A stretch of 41,391 nucleotides of DNA from a virus (taxonomy: Duplodnaviria > Caudoviricetes). Positions 34,920 to 41,391 of the stretch are shown piece by piece (the first letter of the stretch is position 1; every line of letters begins with the position of its first letter). The stretch spans positions 1-41,391 of the IMG/VR virus record IMGVR_UViG_3300049167_000122. One strand, 5' to 3'. The notes under the pieces are model-generated. The model worked only from the letters and a program-made list of their open reading frames with translations, made no database searches and was not told the DNA's origin. The position numbers were made by a program, and so were the translations under genes.

Positions 34920-36578
34920 ATGAGCGTGGCTGCAACACATTCCGAGGTAGGGGCGGCCCATCGCCCGATGACGCGAGAAGAGAAAAAAGTCATTCTCGCC
35001 TCGTCCACCGGTACCGTCTTCGAATGGTATGACTTCTATCTGGCAGGCTCCCTGGCCGCCAACATCTCGGCGAACTTCTTCTCGGGCGTGAACCCGACGG
35101 CCGGCTTCATCTTCACGCTGCTCTCCTTCGCCGCCGGCTTTGCCGTGCGCCCGTTCGGCGCGCTGTTCTTCGGCCGTCTGGGCGATCTGATCGGCCGCAA
35201 ATACACCTTCCTCGTCACCATGATGGTGATGGGCGTCGCGACCTTTATCGTCGGCCTCCTGCCGGGCTATGCCTCGATCGGCATCGCGGCCCCGATCGCC
35301 TTCATCGCCTGCCGCCTGCTCCAGGGTTTGGCGCTCGGTGGTGAGTATGGCGGCGCCGCGACCTATGTCGCCGAGCACGCGCCGCAGAACCGCCGCGGCT
35401 TCTACACCTCCTTCATCCAGATCACCGCGACCTTCGGCCTGTTCCTCTCGCTCGTCGTCATCCTGGCGCTGCGCCTGAGCATGTCGGCCGCCGACTTCGC
35501 GGCCTGGGGCTGGCGCATCCCGTTCCTGCTTTCGATTCTACTGCTGGGCGTTTCGATCTGGATCCGGCTGCAGCTGCAGGAATCACCGGCCTTCACCAAG
35601 ATGAAGGAAGAGGGCACCCTCTCGAAGGCGCCGCTCAGCGAAGCCTTCGGCGAGTGGAAGAACGCCAAGATCGGCCTCGTTGCCCTGATCGGCGGCACGG
35701 CCGGCCAGGCCGTCGTCTGGTATGCCGGACAGTTCTACGCGCTGTTCTTCCTGACTCAGATCCTGAAGGTCGACGGCACCACCGCCAACGTCCTGATCGC
35801 GCTGTCGCTGCTGCTCGGCACGCCGTTCTTCGTGTTTTTTGGCGCGCTCTCCGACAAGGTCGGCCGCAAGCCGATCATCCTCGGCGGCTGCCTGATCGCA
35901 GCGCTGACCTTCTTCCCGCTGTTCACGGCGCTGACGAAGGTCGGCAATCCGACGCTCTACGCCGCCCATGACAATGTGAAGGTCGTCGTCACCGCCGATC
36001 CCGCGACCTGCGGCTCGCTGTTCGACCCCGTCAACGTGCGGACCTTCTCCTCGCCTTGCGACGTCACCCGCCAGGCCCTGGCCCGCTCCTCGCTGAACTA
36101 CCAGCTGGTCAATGCGCCGGCCGGCACCCCGACGACCGTGACGATCGGCGGCAATAATGTCGCGGTGACCCCGACCTTCGCGGCCGACAGCCTCGCCGCC
36201 GCGCAGGCAGCCGGCTATCCCAAGACCGGCGATGCCAACATCGTCAATGTCAGCAAAGGCCTGAACGGGCAGTTCTGGTCGATGGTCGGCCTGCTGTTCA
36301 TCCTCGTGCTCTACGTCACGATGGTCTACGGCCCGATCGCCGCGATGCTGGTCGAACTCTTCCCGACCCGGATCCGCTATACCGGCATGTCGCTGCCCTA
36401 CCACATCGGCAATGGCTGGTTCGGCGGCTTCCTGCCTCCGACCATGTTTGCCATCGTGGCCTCGACCGGCGACATCTATTCCGGCCTCTGGTACCCGGTG
36501 ACGATCGCGCTGATGACGTTCGTCGTCGGCCTGATCTTCCTGCCCGAGACCAAGGATCGCGACATCTACAAGTCGTAA
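34920..36578 (+). CDS. MFS transporter, metabolite:H+ symporter family
   Basis: GTVFEWYDF, GDLIGRK, LGGEYGGA, ELFPTRIRY. Confidence 0.95.
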   Translation: MSVAATHSEVGAAHRPMTREEKKVILASSTGTVFEWYDFYLAGSLAANISANFFSGVNPTAGFIFTLLSFAAGFAVRPFGALFFGRLGDLIGRKYTFLVTMMVMGVATFIVGLLPGYASIGIAAPIAFIACRLLQGLALGGEYGGAATYVAEHAPQNRRGFYTSFIQITATFGLFLSLVVILALRLSMSAADFAAWGWRIPFLLSILLLGVSIWIRLQLQESPAFTKMKEEGTLSKAPLSEAFGEWKNAKIGLVALIGGTAGQAVVWYAGQFYALFFLTQILKVDGTTANVLIALSLLLGTPFFVFFGALSDKVGRKPIILGGCLIAALTFFPLFTALTKVGNPTLYAAHDNVKVVVTADPATCGSLFDPVNVRTFSSPCDVTRQALARSSLNYQLVNAPAGTPTTVTIGGNNVAVTPTFAADSLAAAQAAGYPKTGDANIVNVSKGLNGQFWSMVGLLFILVLYVTMVYGPIAAMLVELFPTRIRYTGMSLPYHIGNGWFGGFLPPTMFAIVASTGDIYSGLWYPVTIALMTFVVGLIFLPETKDRDIYKS

Positions 36579-36613
36579 TCGCCACCGCCGCCGGCCCTCG
36601 CGCCCCGGCACGG

Positions 36614-36644
36614 AAGCCCCGCCCTCAGGCGGGGCTTTTCTTTT
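36614..36644 (+). terminator. Intrinsic terminator
   Basis: AAGCCCCGCC-CTCA-GGCGGGGCTTTTCTTTT. Confidence 0.9.
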
Positions 36645-36708
36645 GATGGCTGGCCGTTGACCTTGCTCTCGTCGCGATCGGCTGGTAACCGCATCGGCAC
36701 AGTGGGAC

Positions 36709-36783
36709 GCCGGCGTAGCACAGCGGTAGTGCAGCGGTTTTGTAAACCGAAGGTCGGGAGTTCGATCCTCTCCGCCGGCACCA
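36709..36783 (+). tRNA. tRNA-Thr(TGT)
   Basis: GCCGGCG acceptor, TTTGTAA loop, GTTCGATC, CCA. Confidence 0.95.
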
Positions 36784-36927
36784 CCTGTTTTCCAGAGCTC
36801 ACGCCCCGCCTTTGCCGGAACTGACTTTGCTCCCGGTACGCCTGGATTTTCCTGCATTCCATCAACGAAGTGTTGAACTCGTTGGTCTTAAGGTCGCGCC
36901 TGGCGGGACAGCGGAGAATCTGGCTGG

Positions 36928-37935
36928 ATGGACAATAGCGCGGCGCCTTCAAGAGCGCTCTGGACGCTGATCTTGACGATCTCCGCGTTCAGTCTGGTGG
37001 TATGGGCCGCGACGGGCGTGGGCCTCAAGGGGCTCGAGCTATTGGCCCTTCTCGCCGTTGTTGCCGGGCTTCTCGCTATAAGCGCCGTCTACACGCGACT
37101 ACGGCCCGATGCACGTCTCGCGCGTCTGGCTCGCGGCATGGCGGAGCTTTGCCTGCTGGTCTTCATGATCGGGTCCCTGTCTTACAGCGGCGCCACCCTT
37201 GCGATGCCGCTGCGCGATGATTGGCTGCACGCTGCCGACCAGATGCTCGGCTTCGACTGGCGCTACTGGCTTGGCGTGCTGGACGCGCATCCCCGGATCC
37301 ATCAGATCCTGGTCGTGGCCTACCATTCGATGCTGCCACAAACGGTCTTCCTCGTAGTCGCATTGGCGGCAGTGCGTGCCTATCATTGCCTCGATCGCTA
37401 TCTGCTCAGCTATGGCATCGCGGCGGTCGTGACAGTGGCGATCGCGACGGCCATGCCTGCGCTCAGCCCGATCGTGCATCTCGGCATAACGCCGTCAGAC
37501 CACCCCAACATCGTCCTCGCCGTGCCGATGGAGTTTCAGGACCAGGCGCGCGCGCTCCGCGATGGCAGCTTGAGGATGATCGATCTCAGCGGCGCCCAGG
37601 GCCTCGTCACATTTCCGAGCTTCCACACTGTCTCGGCGGTAGTCCTGATCCTCGCCTTTTCGGCAGTTCCGTATCTGCGCTGGCCCGCCTTCGTTTTGAA
37701 TGGGTTGATGCTGGTGGCGATCCCGATCGAGGGCAGCCACTACATCGTCGACGTGATCGCAGGCGCTGCGCTGGCGCTCGCAGCGTGGAGCGTCGCTGGC
37801 CGGCTGCTCTGCGTGGAACGCGATCGCGCTCCTGTCCACGGGCTCGATGGCCTGCTCGCAGCCGATCAATACGGTGCCGCGGAAGCCCTCGGGGTTCCGA
37901 CGCGGCAGTTGGCTGGCAACGGTCTCCAATCCTGA
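36928..37935 (+). CDS. PAP2-family membrane phosphatase/phosphotransferase
   Basis: TFPSFH and GSHYIVDVIAG motifs; multiple TM segments. Confidence 0.88.
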   Translation: MDNSAAPSRALWTLILTISAFSLVVWAATGVGLKGLELLALLAVVAGLLAISAVYTRLRPDARLARLARGMAELCLLVFMIGSLSYSGATLAMPLRDDWLHAADQMLGFDWRYWLGVLDAHPRIHQILVVAYHSMLPQTVFLVVALAAVRAYHCLDRYLLSYGIAAVVTVAIATAMPALSPIVHLGITPSDHPNIVLAVPMEFQDQARALRDGSLRMIDLSGAQGLVTFPSFHTVSAVVLILAFSAVPYLRWPAFVLNGLMLVAIPIEGSHYIVDVIAGAALALAAWSVAGRLLCVERDRAPVHGLDGLLAADQYGAAEALGVPTRQLAGNGLQS

Positions 37936-38032
37936 ACCACGCTGATGTCAATTTACCGCCCATCGAACGCCGGGTCCGCATAGGCGAGACCCGATTAAGC
38001 GAGCAGTAAGCCCACAAGGCTATGGTCCGCGC

Positions 38033-38726
38033 ATGAGCGCCCTGCAAAGACGGCTGATGCTACTGCTCGCCCTTTTCTTGGTCGCGCAGACCGACTTCAG
38101 CATCGCCAAATACATCGGCGAATTGCAGGCCGGTCTATGGCTGGGCGTCACGATCTGGGCCGACTATCTGGCGATGACCCAGCTGTTCGGAGCCTTCATC
38201 AGCGCCGGTTACGCCGGCGTCCGGCAACTGGCCCTGGGCCCCTATGTCTCGCTTGACGCTGCGGCTGCGCCTGCATGGCTGGCAGCGTTGATGCAGGCCG
38301 CCATCAGCATCGCGGTCGCCGCGGTGGTGACGAGCGTCTTCTGGCAGGGCCGCCAAGCGCAGGACCGACGGCCGGCTCGACCTGCGCATGGCCCTGCTGG
38401 CCACGGGGATGCTGCTCGCCACCCCATACGCCCTGTCCTATGACACGCCCGTTCTCGTCCTGGCCGTCATCCCGCTGCTCGCCCGGGCCTGGCGCACAGG
38501 ATGGGACGGGCTGGAGCTGGCCGCCGTCGCTGCGCTTGTGGTCGCGCCTTTCGCCCAGGCTACATTCATCAAGGCCCATATCCCGTTCGGCGCCTGCGCC
38601 CTGACCCTGGCCTTCTGTGCGCTGTATCGCCGCTACAGCCTCGCCAGCCCCGGCCGCGTGGATGTCGTGCGGCCCAGCCTCGGACCGCCCGCCGTTCTTG
38701 CCGGATCGCTGGACAACGCGGTATAG
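38033..38726 (+). pseudogene. Truncated, frameshifted GT87 (DUF2029)-like membrane glycosyltransferase
   Basis: Two overlapping hydrophobic ORFs; LLATPYALSYD motif; frame break near 38345-38357. Confidence 0.6.
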
Positions 38727-38794
38727 CCCTGGACGATCGCGTCAGGGACCTTTGTGCGACGGTCATAACGCGGCCAAAGGTCGGACAAGAAGCG

Positions 38795-39199
38795 ATGGAA
38801 GAGGACAAGACCGCAAATCTTCTGGCCTTGGCCGAGCGCTGCGAAACCGCGCAGAAGCCCGATCGCGCGCTCGATGCCGATATCTACGAAGCGCTCGGCT
38901 ATACCGTGCGGCGCAAGCCGACCCATCTGGTCAGCCGCCGCGCCCCGCCCGGAGGCATCTACCAGCAGGGTGCGCTCTGGAAAGCACTGGGCCTGGTCAG
39001 CGGCGACATCGACGTCGCGGTCGGCATCCTGCGCCAGAAAGCTCCTGGCTGGAACTGGAGCCTGCAATGCCTGATCGGCGAGGATGCGGCGGCGTTCCAG
39101 GCCATGGTCGCGGAATGCTCCGGCAACGGGGTCATCGGTTCTCTGGCGCTTTGCGCGGCCATGTTGCGCGCCTTTGCGAAGCGCGAGACCTCGTCGTAA
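38795..39199 (+). CDS. Hypothetical protein (phage-like)
   Basis: LAERCE..PDRALDADI..PGWNWSL..LALCAAMLRA. Confidence 0.7.
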   Translation: MEEDKTANLLALAERCETAQKPDRALDADIYEALGYTVRRKPTHLVSRRAPPGGIYQQGALWKALGLVSGDIDVAVGILRQKAPGWNWSLQCLIGEDAAAFQAMVAECSGNGVIGSLALCAAMLRAFAKRETSS

Positions 39200-39340
39200 G
39201 GCGATATCGGCCAGCCATCTCGGCGGCCGCCAGAGACGATCACGCAAAGTTGACCATAGGACATTACGACATGGTTGAACGCGTCATAAAATCACCCTCT
39301 AGGTTCGAGCCGGGCTGAACGCAGCCGAGGAGGAACACCC

Positions 39341-40327
39341 ATGACCCGCTTCCAACCATCGCGCCGCACCGTCATCGCCGGAGCCGGCGCTCTCGCCGCA
39401 ACAGCTTCATTCGACCCGACCGCCGGCCTCCGTCCGGCCCATGCGCAAGGACCAGCCGTGACCCAAGCCCCCGGTTTCTATCGCTACAAGATCGGCGACA
39501 TTACCCTGACCGCCATCAATGACGGTTTCGGCAAGCGCCCTCTCGAAGGCCTTGTCCGCAATGCCGAACTCGCCGACGTGAAGAAAGCCATGGAGCAAGC
39601 TTTCCTGCCGAGCGATGCGCTCAACATCACCTTCACCACGCTGGCGATCCAGCAGGGTGGCAAGCTCTCTTTGATCGATACCGGCAATGGCGATTCCGGC
39701 GCCCCGACCTCGGGCACCTGGATGACCAACTTCAAGGCCGCCGGTCTCGACCCGAAAGACGTCACCAGCGTCGTCTTCAGCCATTTCCACGGCGACCACA
39801 TCAACGGCTTCCGGCTCAAGGACGGCACGGCGGTGTTCCCCAATGCCGAGGCCATGGTGCCTGCGGCCGAGTGGGCCTTCTGGATGGACGACGCCAGGAT
39901 GAGCGCCGCGCCCGAGGCCATGAAGGGCGCTTTCGCCGGCGTCCGCCGCGTCTTCGGTCCCGTCGCCAAGGACGTGAAGCAGTACGAGCCGGGCAAGGAG
40001 GTGCTGCCTGGGATCACCGCCGTTGCCGCGCCCGGCCACACGCCTGGCCACACCGCCTTCGCCGTGTCTTCGGGCAGCGGCAAGCTGATGATCATGTCCG
40101 ACACGACCAACCACCCGGCGCTGTTCGTGCGCAACCCGGAATGGTCGGCGGTGTTCGACATGGACGGCCCGCAGGCGGCCGCGACGCGCAAGAAGCTGCT
40201 CGACATGGTCTCGGCCGAGAAGATGCAGGTCGCCTTCTACCACGCGCCCTTCCCGGCCACCGGCCACATCGCCAAATCGGGCAACGGCTTCGAGCTGATC
40301 CCGGTGCAGTGGACGACTGCGATCTGA
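39341..40327 (+). CDS. Tat-exported MBL-fold metallo-hydrolase
   Basis: SRRTVI Tat motif; HFHGDH; GHTPGH. Confidence 0.92.
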   Translation: MTRFQPSRRTVIAGAGALAATASFDPTAGLRPAHAQGPAVTQAPGFYRYKIGDITLTAINDGFGKRPLEGLVRNAELADVKKAMEQAFLPSDALNITFTTLAIQQGGKLSLIDTGNGDSGAPTSGTWMTNFKAAGLDPKDVTSVVFSHFHGDHINGFRLKDGTAVFPNAEAMVPAAEWAFWMDDARMSAAPEAMKGAFAGVRRVFGPVAKDVKQYEPGKEVLPGITAVAAPGHTPGHTAFAVSSGSGKLMIMSDTTNHPALFVRNPEWSAVFDMDGPQAAATRKKLLDMVSAEKMQVAFYHAPFPATGHIAKSGNGFELIPVQWTTAI

Positions 40328-40348
40328 AGACCGCCATCTGCCGATCCC

Positions 40349-40378
40349 AAAGGCCGGGGCAAACCCCCGGCCTTTTTT
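40349..40378 (+). terminator. Intrinsic terminator
   Basis: AAAGGCCGGGG-CAAAC-CCCCGGCCTTTTTT. Confidence 0.9.
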
Positions 40379-40461
40379 GCGCCACCAGCGTCTCGCAGGC
40401 CCCGCGCCATACGTGCTAAGCACGGCCTCCTCCTTCTGGCGCTTTGGATCCAGGGCCCGCG

Positions 40462-41235
40462 ATGACCGAGCGTTTCAAAGCCATTGCCTTCATCGCCAGC
40501 GAGACGCCGGAAGCACAGGCGGCGCTGGCAAAACTCGCCGACCGCTATGGCGATGCCGATCCGGCGGTCGCCGACGTCATCGTCGCCCTCGGCGGCGACG
40601 GTTTGATGCTGCAGACGCTGCATCGCTTCCTCGGTACCGGCACGCCGATCTACGGCATGAATCGCGGCACGGTCGGCTTCCTGATGAACGAATTTCGCGA
40701 GCGCGGCCTGAGCCGGCGCCTGGAGGCGGCGCAGCGCAGCGTCGTCCACCCGCTCTCGATGCATGCCGTCGACCAGAGCGGCAGCGAGGTCCACGCCAAG
40801 GCGATCAACGAGGTCTCGCTGCTGCGCCGGTCCTATCAGGCAGCCAAGCTGCGCATCTCGGTCGACGGGCAGGTCAGGCTGACGGAACTCATGGCCGACG
40901 GCGTATTGCTGGCGACGCCGGCGGGCTCGACCGCCTACAACCTCTCCGCCAACGGCCCGATCCTGCCGCTCGACGCGCCCCTGCTGGCGCTGACGCCGAT
41001 CTCGGCCTTCCGGCCAAGGCGCTGGCGCGGCGCGCTCCTGCCCGACCAGGCGAAGGTGACGATCGAGGTGCTGGAGCCGGCCAAGCGCCCGGTCAGCGCG
41101 GTAGCCGACCACACCCAGATCGAGAACGTCGTCTCGGTCTCGATCGAAATCGACCGCGACGTCGACCTCGTCATGCTGCACGACCCCGGCCACAGTCTGG
41201 ACGAGCGGATTTTAAGGGAGCAGTTCGGGTATTGA
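40462..41235 (+). CDS. nadK: NAD kinase
   Basis: [29 protein letters not shown]. Confidence 0.95.
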   Translation: MTERFKAIAFIASETPEAQAALAKLADRYGDADPAVADVIVALGGDGLMLQTLHRFLGTGTPIYGMNRGTVGFLMNEFRERGLSRRLEAAQRSVVHPLSMHAVDQSGSEVHAKAINEVSLLRRSYQAAKLRISVDGQVRLTELMADGVLLATPAGSTAYNLSANGPILPLDAPLLALTPISAFRPRRWRGALLPDQAKVTIEVLEPAKRPVSAVADHTQIENVVSVSIEIDRDVDLVMLHDPGHSLDERILREQFGY

Positions 41236-41259
41236 AGGACGGGTGAAGCGCGTCGGCTA

Positions 41260-41391
41260 TGGGTCGATTGTGTTGAAGAAGTCGGTGTTGCTGAGGTGGT
41301 GAAGTCCTGATTCAATGCTCTTGGGGTTGGAGGGCAGGCTGATGATGGGCGAGCGGACGGTGCTGCAAGAGGCGCTGTTCTACGAGTTCAG
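41260..41391 (+). mobile_element. Left end of IS1182-family element; transposase starts at 41342 (truncated)
   Basis: MMGERTVLQEALFYEF N-terminus; GATTGTGTTGAAGAAGTC end-like sequence; boundary approximate. Confidence 0.7.

Noticed and set aside
36709-36783. tRNA-Thr as the prophage attachment site
   Set aside because: Separated from integrase by host genes; tRNA-Tyr abuts int

Overview
GC-rich alphaproteobacterial DNA (Hyphomicrobiales/Bosea-like, inferred from gene context and a GTTC-N7-GTTC LexA box). About 1-33,000 is one end of a temperate contractile-tailed prophage integrated at the 3' end of tRNA-Tyr(GTA); its other end lies left of the window. On the minus strand, reading leftward from about 27,430: cro, a cII-like gene, VRR-NUC, Cas4-like exonuclease, SSB-like gene, AEP primase/SF3 helicase, an iteron-rich putative origin, HNH, DUF6378, a NusG paralogue in the Q position, terminase, portal, head, neck, sheath/tube, frameshifted tail chaperone, tape measure and baseplate. 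On the plus strand: cI, an uncharacterised two-gene cassette in the rex position, early genes, a xis-like gene and integrase. Three antisense morons interrupt the late operon. From 33,041 on are host genes (AAA ATPase, rlmB, MFS transporter, tRNA-Thr, PAP2, GT87 pseudogene, MBL hydrolase, NAD kinase) and the left end of an IS1182-like element. Best candidates for undescribed biology: the cI-linked cassette (possible anti-phage or TA system), a LexA-boxed Zn-ribbon gene paired with a repressor whose cleavage site looks atypical, a NusG-paralogue late antitermination switch, and a relay of ATGA-coupled micro-ORFs leading into xis. All family names come from motif recognition and synteny, not database searches.
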